A DNA stretch of 64,000 bases from Promethearchaeota archaeon (GCA_048941015.1 JBHLNZ010000005.1:25089-89088); one strand, 5' to 3'. Positions 51,436-61,617 are shown, counted from the first letter of the stretch. Translations and numbers: made by a program. The notes: a model not told the origin generated them from the sequence alone.

Positions 51436-52845
51436 ATGTCATATAAATATACAAAAGTCTCTTTAAAAACAAGAATATTTGCGGGTTTAGGATCATTTGG
51501 ATTGAATGCAATTGCTGGTATATTTAGTGCTTGGACTTTAACTTTTTATATAAGGATTCTCAAATTAAATCCTCTTTTATGGGCATTTAGTTGGTTAAGT
51601 TATTTTATTTGGAATGCGATAAATGATCCCATTTTTGGTTTTCTTTCAGATAGAACTAACACAAAATTTGGTCGACGGATGCCTTATTTAATTTTTTGTG
51701 GGCCATTGTTATCTATTAGCTTTATTTTACTTTATTCTACTCCATTATATAGTCATCAGTGGGTTTATTTTATCTGGCTTTTAGTTACCTTAGTATTTTA
51801 TGATGGTTTTTTTACAATCGTGAGTTTAAATTTTAACTCCCTAATAATAGAGTTGACTATCCATCCACAGGAGAGAGCTAAAATTAATTTTTTTACAGGA
51901 TTAGGAGGTGGTATTGGGGTTGCTATAGCTTATATTTTACCTATTCTATTTTTAAATTACGAAATTGTTCCTTTTTCACAGAATCGAAATAATTTTTTTT
52001 TGATTGTTTTGTTTATTGGTATTATAGGGGCAATATTTATTGGTATCACTGCTTTTGGGATAAGAGAGCCACGCGAATTAATACCACAGAAAAGTGAAAA
52101 ACTTAAGCTCTGGTTTAGCACAAAAAAAACCCTAAAAAATAGAGCATTCTTGACTTTCGTAATTTTTAATTTTGTAATGACATATGTTGTTTTTGCAATT
52201 CAATCTAATTTACCTTTTTATATGGCAGATGTTTTAAACGTTAAAACTGATAATTTATTTGCTTCAGTACCATTACTTTTATTTCTTATTTTCTCACTAG
52301 TAGGATATCCATTAGGATTATGGCTTAATAAAAAACGAGGAAACAAAAGAGCAACATTCTTGTTATCAATACTAGTGATTTTAGGTTTTCTATTAGTTAT
52401 GTTTTCTAATACTTTATTATTAGCTAATATTTCATTTATTATCCTTGGATTAGGATATTCAGGACAAACTTTATTAGTTCCTACTTTGTTGGGTGATATT
52501 ATTGATAGAGACGAATTAGAAACAGGTCAGCGGAGAGAAGGAGCTTATTTTGGAATAAATGCTTTAATTACCAAACCAGCTCAATCATTCTCGGCTGTAA
52601 TATCCGGAGTAGTTCTTCTACTAACAGATTATATCCAGGATTTACCAATTGGAGATTCACAACCTTTAAGTGCTATTCTTGGAATAAAATTATTAATCGG
52701 TTTAATACCTGCTATTTCAATCCTAATGGGTCTTATTTCATTGTGGTTTTATCCTCTAGATGGTATAACAGAAGAATATAAAGAAATGAAGAAACAAGTT
52801 AGTATGTTACATGAAAGTAAGTTAGAAAAGTTAAGACAAAAATAG
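51436..52845 (+). CDS. MFS transporter, GPH (MelB-like) family
   Basis: WNAINDPIFGFLSDRTNTKFGRRMPY, DIIDRDELETGQRREGAYFG. Confidence 0.93.
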   Translation: MSYKYTKVSLKTRIFAGLGSFGLNAIAGIFSAWTLTFYIRILKLNPLLWAFSWLSYFIWNAINDPIFGFLSDRTNTKFGRRMPYLIFCGPLLSISFILLYSTPLYSHQWVYFIWLLVTLVFYDGFFTIVSLNFNSLIIELTIHPQERAKINFFTGLGGGIGVAIAYILPILFLNYEIVPFSQNRNNFFLIVLFIGIIGAIFIGITAFGIREPRELIPQKSEKLKLWFSTKKTLKNRAFLTFVIFNFVMTYVVFAIQSNLPFYMADVLNVKTDNLFASVPLLLFLIFSLVGYPLGLWLNKKRGNKRATFLLSILVILGFLLVMFSNTLLLANISFIILGLGYSGQTLLVPTLLGDIIDRDELETGQRREGAYFGINALITKPAQSFSAVISGVVLLLTDYIQDLPIGDSQPLSAILGIKLLIGLIPAISILMGLISLWFYPLDGITEEYKEMKKQVSMLHESKLEKLRQK

Positions 52846-52900
52846 TGTAGCCAATAGATATAGTGGTAAACTAAATTAGCGATGATTAATTTAAATTTTT

Positions 52901-54874
52901 ATGTCTTATGGAAAGCGTCCTTATAATAAACTCACTCCTATTCCTTTCTATCAAGTTGAAATAAAGGACAACTTTTGGTCAAAAAGACAAAAAATTAATA
53001 GAGAAGTTTCAATTTACCACCAATTAAAGATGCTTGAGAGAGATCATCATATTGATAACTTTCGAGTAGCTGCAGGGATAAAAAAAGGTGTGCAAATAGG
53101 TGAGTTTTATTTTGACTCAGATTTGTACAAATGGCTTGAAGCCGCTAGTTATATACTTCATAATTATGATGATAAAAAGTTATTTAATCAAGTTACTATG
53201 ATTATTAGCTTAATTGAAAAATCTCAAATGAAAGATGGGTATGTAAATACTTTTTATTCAACTAAATTTACTCAAAAAAGATTTACTAATCTTAAATATA
53301 TGCATGAATTATATTGTGCAGGCCATCTTATTCAAGCGGCTATAGCTCATTATGAAGCTACTGATTCTAAGACGTTATTTAAAGTAGCAGTAAAATTTGC
53401 TAATTTAATTGCTAAAATATTCCTTGGAAGGAAAGGCGATTTAGTTCCTGGTCATGAAGAAATTGAACTAGCTTTAATTGAGCTATTCAGAGTGACTAAA
53501 GATAGAAAATATTTGGATCTTGCAAAAGAATTTATTGATAATCGTGGTACTGATAAAAATTTGAAATGGAAAATCCTTAGACAATATTTAAATATGGTAT
53601 TAACGTTGAATGAAGCAAAGAAGATCAATTATGAATTTAAAAAACAACAATTCGAAGTAGAATTTAACAAACGAAACGATTTTGATGAAGTTGAAAACTT
53701 TTATGCTGATTTAACACTGATAGAGAACATTAGATTAATATACTCAAATTTGAATGGTAAATTTCAACAACTTAATCTACCAGTTCGTGAAATTGTGGAA
53801 CCCGTTGGACATGCTATAAGAGCTATGTATCTTTACTGTGCAATGGCAGATTTATTCTCTGAAAATGGTGATAATTTAATTTTAAAAGTTTTAAAAAGAA
53901 TTTGGATAAAAATAGTAAAAGCAAAAATGTATATAACTGGAGGAATCGGTTCTATAAAGGGAATTGAAGGCTTTGAAAAAGATTTTAAATTAAAACTTGA
54001 TAACTCTTATTCAGAAACATGTGCTGCTGTAGGGAATTTAATGTGGAACTGGAGGATGTTACAAATTACAGGTAATTGTAAGTATGCAGATTTAATTGAG
54101 AAGTTATTATATAACGCTTTTTTAGTAGGACAATCATTAGATGGGAAGAGATATTTTTACACTAATCCTTTAATAGCAAGTAATATAGAGAATAGAAAGG
54201 AATGGTTCTTATGTGCTTGTTGTCCCCCTAACTTTATTCGCACTATTGCGTCAATAGGTAAGTATATCTATAGTATATCAGAAAGAGGTATATGGATTCA
54301 CCAGTATATTGGAAGTAAAGGAGATTTATTAATAAATGAAAAAAAAGTTAAAATTATACAAGAAAGTGAATTTCCGTGGAATGGAAGAGTTAAATTGAAA
54401 ATCGAACCAATTAAGAATCAGAAATTTTCCCTATATTTAAGAATTCCAAATTGGTGTGATAAAACAAAACTTCTGATAAATGGTGAAGAATTCCAAAATT
54501 CGATTTCAGGTGGGAGATATCTAGAAATATTGAGAAATTGGATAAGTGGTGATCAAATAGAATTGGTATTTTTAATAGAGCCTAAGTTAATAAAGAGCGA
54601 TTCAAGGATAAAAACAAATAGAGAGAGAGGTGTAATAACATATGGCCCTCTAATATATTGTTTAGAACAAATTGACAATAAGGATATTGATATTTTTAAC
54701 TTAATTATCCCTAAAAATCAAGAATTTAAAGTAAGATTCGAACCTAATTTATTAGATGGTATCAATATTATTCAAGGAACTACTTTAACGGATGAAAAAT
54801 TCATCTCTATACCTTATTATGCTTGGAATAATCGAGGACCAACCAAAATGCAAGTTTGTAATAAAACTGTTTGA
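52901..54874 (+). CDS. Glycoside hydrolase family 127 (beta-L-arabinofuranosidase-like)
   Basis: DSDLYKWLEA, HELYCAGH, GHAIRAMY, EGF, YSETCA, CACCPPN, IPYYAWNNR. Confidence 0.93.
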   Translation: MSYGKRPYNKLTPIPFYQVEIKDNFWSKRQKINREVSIYHQLKMLERDHHIDNFRVAAGIKKGVQIGEFYFDSDLYKWLEAASYILHNYDDKKLFNQVTMIISLIEKSQMKDGYVNTFYSTKFTQKRFTNLKYMHELYCAGHLIQAAIAHYEATDSKTLFKVAVKFANLIAKIFLGRKGDLVPGHEEIELALIELFRVTKDRKYLDLAKEFIDNRGTDKNLKWKILRQYLNMVLTLNEAKKINYEFKKQQFEVEFNKRNDFDEVENFYADLTLIENIRLIYSNLNGKFQQLNLPVREIVEPVGHAIRAMYLYCAMADLFSENGDNLILKVLKRIWIKIVKAKMYITGGIGSIKGIEGFEKDFKLKLDNSYSETCAAVGNLMWNWRMLQITGNCKYADLIEKLLYNAFLVGQSLDGKRYFYTNPLIASNIENRKEWFLCACCPPNFIRTIASIGKYIYSISERGIWIHQYIGSKGDLLINEKKVKIIQESEFPWNGRVKLKIEPIKNQKFSLYLRIPNWCDKTKLLINGEEFQNSISGGRYLEILRNWISGDQIELVFLIEPKLIKSDSRIKTNRERGVITYGPLIYCLEQIDNKDIDIFNLIIPKNQEFKVRFEPNLLDGINIIQGTTLTDEKFISIPYYAWNNRGPTKMQVCNKTV

Positions 54875-54882
54875 ATATTTTC

Positions 54883-55749
54883 TTACTGAAAACTTTTTAA
54901 ATATAATGAAAAATCCATTTCATTTTTTTTCATTGTTAAATAGTTGAGATTTTGAATTAATTCATGATTATTCTTTACTCCCATAAGAATTACTTCTACT
55001 TCAGGTATTGATTTAACATAGTTTATACAATGGCTAGGGTTAATTTCTGAGGGAATTTTTTTCTTAAATGTTAAACCTGCAGTTTGATGTTTCGCAAAAT
55101 ATGTGGTTTTATTTCTATTGAGTAGCTTTCCAGCTGCAAAAGGTTTTATAGCAACTAAACCTATATGATTTTTTGAACAGAGTTTTAATAAATCATCCCT
55201 TCCTTCTAATCCGTGATTCGCCATATTGATAGGAAACATTATCATGTCAAAACTTCCACTTTCAACAGCTTGTCTAGCGACGAATGTATCATGAGTACTT
55301 AAACTTAAAAATCGCGCTTTTGCATCTTCTTTAAAATATGTTGCTAAATCAAATAACCCACCAGGATTCATCACTTTTTCATATTCTCTTGCTGTAACAT
55401 ATTGTATGTTGATGAAATCTACATAATTCACCTCTAATAGGGAAAGCATTTTCAAGAATGCATTTTTTGATACTTTAATACTTCTATTTCTTTTGGCTTT
55501 ACCCTCAATTTCACTGGTTCCAATATGTCCTGTTATAATTATTTGATCCCTATATCCTTTAAATGCGTCAGCAAGTTTAATAAGGTAATGCTGGACAGAA
55601 AATAGAACATCGAAATAATTAATATTATTTTCAATAGCTTTATGAATAACAGACTTTACTCCTTTTTTGGATTGATTAAATAAAAATTCTGTACCTATAC
55701 CTATTTCACTTGCTTTTAAGCCTGTTTTTCCAAGTAGATTGAAATTCAT
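54883..55749 (-). CDS. Aldo/keto reductase
   Basis: LGKTGLKASEIGIG, INYFD, LSTH, IKPFAAG. Confidence 0.85.
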   Translation of the reverse strand: MNFNLLGKTGLKASEIGIGTEFLFNQSKKGVKSVIHKAIENNINYFDVLFSVQHYLIKLADAFKGYRDQIIITGHIGTSEIEGKAKRNRSIKVSKNAFLKMLSLLEVNYVDFINIQYVTAREYEKVMNPGGLFDLATYFKEDAKARFLSLSTHDTFVARQAVESGSFDMIMFPINMANHGLEGRDDLLKLCSKNHIGLVAIKPFAAGKLLNRNKTTYFAKHQTAGLTFKKKIPSEINPSHCINYVKSIPEVEVILMGVKNNHELIQNLNYLTMKKNEMDFSLYLKSFQ

Positions 55750-55784
55750 AAATAATTAATAAGTAGAATAAAATGTGAAATTAA

Positions 55785-56318
55785 TTAAAACTGTTCTTTG
55801 GTGTATTTTTGGAATAATGTCTCCGTCATAACTTCAAAAGTTTTCTCTACATTTTGACCTGTTTTAGAAGATAATTCAACAAAAGTAGAAAGATTATATT
55901 TCTTTGCCGCTAATATTCCTTCTTCCCGCGGAACGGCCCTGAATTCTTCCAAATCCAGTTTAGATCCAATTAGCATTATAGGAATATCTCCAGAATGTTC
56001 TCTAATGATGTCGGTCCAATCTGGTAAATGTTCCAAAGTACCTCCATTTGTAATATCATATAAAAAAAATGCGGCATTAGCACCTTTACAATATTGAGAA
56101 AGTAGAAATCTAAACCGTTCTTCTCCACCAAAATCCCATATTTGTAATTTTACTCTCTTTCCTCGGAAATTAGTTGTCTTAGAGTAAAAATCGACTCCAA
56201 TAGTGAGTTTTAAATCTTCTAAAAAGAAACCAGAAATATATCTAATAGTAAGGGATGTTTTCCCAACAGATGCATCACCTAACATCATAACTTTAAATGT
56301 AAAGTCGTAATCTGTCAA
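55785..56318 (-). CDS. Rab-like small GTPase
   Basis: YDFTFKVMMLGDASVGKTS, TIGVDF, LQIWDFGGEERFR, GSKLD, SSKTGQNV. Confidence 0.94.
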   Translation of the reverse strand: MTDYDFTFKVMMLGDASVGKTSLTIRYISGFFLEDLKLTIGVDFYSKTTNFRGKRVKLQIWDFGGEERFRFLLSQYCKGANAAFFLYDITNGGTLEHLPDWTDIIREHSGDIPIMLIGSKLDLEEFRAVPREEGILAAKKYNLSTFVELSSKTGQNVEKTFEVMTETLFQKYTKEQF

Positions 56319-56498
56319 CTATTTTAACCCTATTTTAGAAGATCGTTATTATAAATTTTTAATTTAAATTATAAAAGAATTTTATTGAAAAACTTTTTTT
56401 TACCAAAATCTATGATTTTTAAGTTTCTTTTAATAAAAATTTATATCTATTATTATTTAACCTTTCTTCTTAAAAAGTTATTTAGTTTATGATAAAAA

Positions 56499-57152
56499 TT
56501 ATAATATTAAAGTTAGGATATTAAAAATAGAATGCGTAGCAACAGAGGGGATTAAAGAAAAATTAAATAAGATATATAGAGAAGATAAGAAGATCCCAAT
56601 AAGAAAATAATATCCAAAAAATGTAATTATTGTATATATTGGAACTATAAGTGGAGGCACATGATAAAAAGCGAAACAAATTGAAGAAAATATAGTTGCT
56701 AAAGATAAATGTATTTTTTTATTACATTTTCTTATTATATATCCCCTAAAAAATCCTTCTTCACATGGACCTACAACAATTAATTGTAATATTATAATAA
56801 TAAATATCTCTAAAAAACTTGGATTAACCGGATTTGTATTAATTATATTTTCATTTCCTATTTCAACAAATTCTTTTCCAAAGAGATTTGTGATCAATAT
56901 TTCTTTAAAAAAAGATAGTATAAAGTTAGCAATTATGAAAAGAATAATTCCTATAAGAATTCCTAAAAAATATTTTAAAGCTAGTCTGAAAAACGTGTCA
57001 TTTTTATTTTTAAAACCTAGTTCAATTAACTCTTCTTTAAATGTACTCTTCTCGATTTTTGATGAGATGAAATTAGGAATTATTATGAATAGAACTTCAA
57101 ATAAAGTTAAAATTATCAATATAAATGGATTTGCTCCTAATTCAATAGCCAT
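56499..57152 (-). CDS. CPBP/Rce1-like (type II CAAX) intramembrane protease
   Basis: EEGFFRG, FAFYH and HSIFN motifs in a multi-TM protein. Confidence 0.9.
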   Translation of the reverse strand: MAIELGANPFILIILTLFEVLFIIIPNFISSKIEKSTFKEELIELGFKNKNDTFFRLALKYFLGILIGIILFIIANFILSFFKEILITNLFGKEFVEIGNENIINTNPVNPSFLEIFIIIILQLIVVGPCEEGFFRGYIIRKCNKKIHLSLATIFSSICFAFYHVPPLIVPIYTIITFFGYYFLIGIFLSSLYILFNFSLIPSVATHSIFNILTLIL

Positions 57153-57238
57153 TTTAAATAATCCGAATTAACATTATAAAAATTATAAATTCTAATATCT
57201 CATCACTATTATTATTAACTGCTTTAATTATAGTCTTA

Positions 57239-58519
57239 ATGACAGTTCGGGATAATTCTTTCAAATCAAAAGAGCATGAATTAAATCTCAATAATAAAAA
57301 TCATTCAATTAAAGAAAAAATGGGTTTGACAAAGGAACAATTATTAATCAATGATTTGAAAAATATCGCTGAAGAATATTTAGAAATAGAAAGTATTAAA
57401 AAAGAAATAGCTGAAATATGTTTAAAAAACATTAATGATTTGAATTTTTCAGAATTTATTTCTTATCCTAACTATGATATTAAAGAGAAATATATTAAAA
57501 AAGAGGTTATTAGCTCAAATATTAGTGGTTTGAAAGTGGTTAGTGTTGATGGAAGTTCTGTCGTAAAGAAGTTTATGAATGTCGATTTTTCATTTTTAAA
57601 AGCAATAGCGGTAAAATATTACTTTTACAAGAATCATTCATCTAAAATTGATTACTTTCCTGATATAAGTGGTTTTAACAATTATTTTGTTAAAGGAAAT
57701 TTCATTAACTGCGAGGAAGTCGCAATTGAAGCTAAAGTATCTATGGATTTAAGATTTATGGAATTAAAGTTATTAAATGAGCTTATTGAAAATAAACCGG
57801 ATATTGATTTTATCATAATTGATGGTTCAATCGTCATTATGCCTATAAATCTGATTTTTGCAAAAAATTTTGAAATATCTAAGATTTATGATGAATTACT
57901 AAAAGAATATCAAAGATTATATATAAATTGCGAAGAAAAAGGAATTATCTTAATAGGATCAATAAAAGACACCAGAACTTCTGCATTATCTCACTTAATT
58001 AGAGATTCAATAATGCTGTTGAAACCGAATAATAAAAAATTATCCGATTTCACTAAAATTAACTATAGGCAAGTTATAGATTATTTTTCTGATTTAGATT
58101 TATATAATAGACTTCTTAAAAAATCAGAAAGGAGTTGTATTTTTAAGTGTAAAAAAGAAGTTGATAAAATAAGGGATAATGGAATTAAAAAAGAGATACC
58201 TTATTACTTTCCTCTAAGTTTTTATGCATTTTATCTTAAAACTGCTTTTTATGATACACCATGCAGGATAGAATTTTTTATGGATGAGACACATTCCATT
58301 GAGGAAGCAATTAAGAAAGCAGATTTAATTTCTTCAATTTTATTACCTATTTCAAGTTATAATGAATTTTATGGGTTGCCCATCCCACAAATAGAAGCTC
58401 ATAAAAGAGCAGTCTTCAAGCCATTCGAAATTAATTTATTATTTAATAATTTATCACGAACTTTAAATAAATATGGAATTCATTTATTAGAAAAGCGAAG
58501 AAGAAGGAGACCTTTTTAA
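57239..58519 (+). CDS. nurA: NurA family nuclease
   Basis: VSVDGS, IIIDGS, GSIKD, YGLPIPQIEAHKRA. Confidence 0.85.
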   Translation: MTVRDNSFKSKEHELNLNNKNHSIKEKMGLTKEQLLINDLKNIAEEYLEIESIKKEIAEICLKNINDLNFSEFISYPNYDIKEKYIKKEVISSNISGLKVVSVDGSSVVKKFMNVDFSFLKAIAVKYYFYKNHSSKIDYFPDISGFNNYFVKGNFINCEEVAIEAKVSMDLRFMELKLLNELIENKPDIDFIIIDGSIVIMPINLIFAKNFEISKIYDELLKEYQRLYINCEEKGIILIGSIKDTRTSALSHLIRDSIMLLKPNNKKLSDFTKINYRQVIDYFSDLDLYNRLLKKSERSCIFKCKKEVDKIRDNGIKKEIPYYFPLSFYAFYLKTAFYDTPCRIEFFMDETHSIEEAIKKADLISSILLPISSYNEFYGLPIPQIEAHKRAVFKPFEINLLFNNLSRTLNKYGIHLLEKRRRRRPF

Positions 58520-59241
58520 CCAATATTATATTCTAATCGATTTAGAAAAATATCTTCAAAAAATAGATGCTTTTTAGCTAAAATCGTATTTTTAAAGCCT
58601 TCGTGATAAATAAATTCATATAATTGCTTTAAGTCAGCTTTATCTGAACATATATAGTATATATAAGATTCCTTTTTTAATATAAGAAAATTTTTTACTT
58701 GTTTTATGAAACGGGTTAAAATTTCTATACCTTTCTTGCCTCCATCCCAAGTAATGTCGCTCGCTCTTAATTTATTGATTGATTTTTCATTAGGTTGGAA
58801 AGAAGGTAAATAAGGAGGATTAAAAATTATAATATTAAAGCTTTCTTTAAGAGAGGGAGGGAATGAATCAAAAAGATCAGATTGAATGAAGTTAATTCTA
58901 CCCTCAATTTTATTATTTTGTTGATTTTTTTTCGCACTTTTTATAGCTTCTTTTAGAATATCAGAAGCATAAATCATTGGATTAAATTTAGGTAAACAAT
59001 TTTTAATCATTTGTAGAAATAAAGCAATTATACCAGTTCCAGTTCCTAAATCCAATAGTTTTTGAATCTTTTCTAATCTAATTCCATCAAAGCATTGATC
59101 ATCAATATTGTCTTTAAAATAATCGATTATCAAATAAGTATCATCTGATGGAAGATAAACATTTTCATTATGCTCAAAAATTACCGGTTCGGAATAATTC
59201 TTAATAATTAGCACCTTTTCAAAAGAATTATAAAGAAGCAC
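58516..59241 (-). CDS. HemK2/Mtq2-like protein-glutamine methyltransferase
   Basis: VYLPSDDTYL, LDLGTGTG, IFNPPYLP, WDGGKKG; true start probably further downstream. Confidence 0.9.
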   Translation of the reverse strand: MLLYNSFEKVLIIKNYSEPVIFEHNENVYLPSDDTYLIIDYFKDNIDDQCFDGIRLEKIQKLLDLGTGTGIIALFLQMIKNCLPKFNPMIYASDILKEAIKSAKKNQQNNKIEGRINFIQSDLFDSFPPSLKESFNIIIFNPPYLPSFQPNEKSINKLRASDITWDGGKKGIEILTRFIKQVKNFLILKKESYIYYICSDKADLKQLYEFIYHEGFKNTILAKKHLFFEDIFLNRLEYNIG

Positions 59242-60091
59242 TTTTTAATTTAAAAAAGAATTCACCCAGTCGAATAAAATCTTCGATATGATAATTAAAG
59301 ACTTTTTTATTTTCAAAATTATTTTCATTTAATATATGTAATATATCCTCTTTCTTTATATTCGTAGATCCTATTTTATTAAAATATAATTTCAGAGCAT
59401 TTAAGAGATTTTTATTTTTAAAAGGCATTATTCCTGCTATAAATTTAAAATAAAATTCCCGTTGCTCAAGAATTAAAAGAAAAGGATCAATGAGTTGCTT
59501 AGGCTTAATTTTGATAAAACTTAATTTAATATTTGGTACTGGATAAAAACATTTTGGTGATACATCAAATCGTTCAACTACTTTCATAAAAGAGTTAAAC
59601 ATGATAGAAATTCTTGAAATATTTTTATAAGAAGTTGGAAATAATATTTTATCAGCAAGAATCTTCTCTATTACCATTATTCCTGTAGGAGGGTTGTCAT
59701 TATAAAATAATTTTTCAAATAATGGACCTGTAATCGTATATGGAACATTTGAGACAACTTTATTATGGAATGGTATTTCTGCTTTTAAAATATCCTCATT
59801 AAAAATTTTGATGTTATCGAACTTTGAAAACTTATCTAATAGATATTGATATAATTTAAAATCTATTTCATAAACATAGATTTGTGTCGCTCTTTCTGTT
59901 AAAGTGGATGTAAGGGCACCCAAACCACCTCCTACTTCTAAAATTATATCACTTTCAATAATTTCTGATTTTGTGATTATTTTATTTAAGAGATTTTTAT
60001 CAATTAAGAAATTTTGACCCAACCTTTTATTAGGTTTGATTCCAATTTTCTCTAAAATGAGTTTAACATTCTTTATACTCATATTTTTCAT
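59228..60091 (-). CDS. rsmA: 16S rRNA dimethyladenosine transferase KsgA/Dim1
   Basis: KRLGQNFL, LEVGGGLG, YEID, SNVPYTI, FYPVP. Confidence 0.94.
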   Translation of the reverse strand: MKNMSIKNVKLILEKIGIKPNKRLGQNFLIDKNLLNKIITKSEIIESDIILEVGGGLGALTSTLTERATQIYVYEIDFKLYQYLLDKFSKFDNIKIFNEDILKAEIPFHNKVVSNVPYTITGPLFEKLFYNDNPPTGIMVIEKILADKILFPTSYKNISRISIMFNSFMKVVERFDVSPKCFYPVPNIKLSFIKIKPKQLIDPFLLILEQREFYFKFIAGIMPFKNKNLLNALKLYFNKIGSTNIKKEDILHILNENNFENKKVFNYHIEDFIRLGEFFFKLKSASL

Positions 60092-60747
60092 TCGTATTTC
60101 TGAGTCTTCGAAAATAAGTAATATTTAACTCCTTCACGTTGCAATTCTTTAATAATTCTTTGAGCTAATAATTTAACCGGATTAGAAGTACTTGTTCTAT
60201 CTGCAATATCTTGAAATTTAGTAAATTTTTGCCTTTCTCTAGCTTCAAGTATTTCCCACATGTGTTTTTGACCAATTCCAGGCAATAATTTAAGTGCATG
60301 CATCCTTGGAGTTATTGAAGTTGAGTTATTAAAGAATTTAATAAACTCCTCTTCATAATTCATAATTTCTTTCTCAAGTATAGATTGAATCAATGCTTTT
60401 GATGTTGTCGTTAAATCATCGTAATCTATCTTTTTGAGGACTTCTTTTAATTTGTTTTGATTTATAAATTCTTCATAAGTGTTTTTTTCTTGAACTCTGA
60501 TACTAGAATCTTTATTAATTTTTACTTCATAAAGCACAAAATCAGGGAAAGTAATAACTTGAGCGATTGGTGTTTTTGACCAACTTGGTTTATCTTCTTC
60601 GGGATGACCGTGAAGTAATACATCTAATATGACAACTTCTCGGAATTTCTTTATAAATTGTTTCTTTTCTTTTGGTCCTCTTCTTGGATACCTCGGTTTT
60701 TGATAAGACCTTCGGTATCGATCCCGATTTCTTTCCATACTCACCAA
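60088..60747 (-). CDS. DUF655 family putative RNA-binding protein
   Basis: YDDLT, FFN..ITPRMHALKLLPGIG; conserved rpoF-DUF655-ksgA order. Confidence 0.9.
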   Translation of the reverse strand: MVSMERNRDRYRRSYQKPRYPRRGPKEKKQFIKKFREVVILDVLLHGHPEEDKPSWSKTPIAQVITFPDFVLYEVKINKDSSIRVQEKNTYEEFINQNKLKEVLKKIDYDDLTTTSKALIQSILEKEIMNYEEEFIKFFNNSTSITPRMHALKLLPGIGQKHMWEILEARERQKFTKFQDIADRTSTSNPVKLLAQRIIKELQREGVKYYLFSKTQKYE

Positions 60748-60911
60748 TTTTTCTCTTAGGAATTGCTTTATTATAACCCATAATGAAATTTAATTTTGAA
60801 TTTTCCTCACTAATAAGACTTACTCATTAAAATGTAAAATTACAAGTATTTATAAATTCTTCGGTGTTTAGAATCAAAATATAATTTATCAGATAATATT
60901 ATTTGACTTTT

Positions 60912-61274
60912 TTATGATTTAAGTTCCTCAATTTCTGAAAGCAGATTTCTCAATTGTTCGTCATTCAGTGTTTTTCCAGTGAAGCTTTTTTCTAAAATTG
61001 TCCTTAATTCAAATATTGATTTAGGATCAAGGTTAACTATATTAATAGCATATACTTCCTCAATTTCATATTTCTCCGTGAGGAATTTAATTATCTTTTT
61101 AGCATCCTTTTCGCTCATTTTAGCATATTTATTAACATAATTATAAGTAATCTCTTGGAAATGAGACAAACCTTCTTCGGGGTCAATTTGTTCTATCTCA
61201 GCTTTTACCTGTTCCATTATCTTTTTAACTTCAGGGATAGATACTGTTCTTTCATTAACTTTTCGACCAGACAT
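60912..61274 (-). CDS. rpoF: RNA polymerase subunit Rpo4 (RpoF)
   Basis: VSIPEVKKIM, QEITYNYVNKYAK, AINIVNLDP..ELRTIL; follows L21e. Confidence 0.88.
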   Translation of the reverse strand: MSGRKVNERTVSIPEVKKIMEQVKAEIEQIDPEEGLSHFQEITYNYVNKYAKMSEKDAKKIIKFLTEKYEIEEVYAINIVNLDPKSIFELRTILEKSFTGKTLNDEQLRNLLSEIEELKS

Positions 61275-61296
61275 ACAAATCATTCTATTTTTATAA

Positions 61297-61617
61297 TTAT
61301 TCAGGTTTTAAAGATGAGTTATTAACTCTTAAATGCTCTTTTCCGACTATTAAAGTCTTTTTAGAATTACCTAATTTGACTCTTATTTCATAACAACGAC
61401 CACGAACACCAATAATAGTTCCAGTTAAACCATGAAAACGTCGATGTGGCATACCACGTCGATGTTTAGAAGGATCTGTAATAATATCAACCTTATTTCC
61501 AATTTCATAATCTATTAAATATTTGTCAATAGAACCTAATCCTCTTTCCCGCACGTTTTTTTTATGCCTTTTCCGTGTTTTGTTCCTATAGCCTTTGTGC
61601 AGAGTAATTACAAACAC
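61297..61617 (-). CDS. rpl21e: 50S ribosomal protein L21e
   Basis: KGYRNKTR, GMPHRRFHGLTG, EHLR; start uncertain (GTG at 61617 or ATT at 61608). Confidence 0.95.
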   Translation of the reverse strand: MFVITLHKGYRNKTRKRHKKNVRERGLGSIDKYLIDYEIGNKVDIITDPSKHRRGMPHRRFHGLTGTIIGVRGRCYEIRVKLGNSKKTLIVGKEHLRVNNSSLKPE

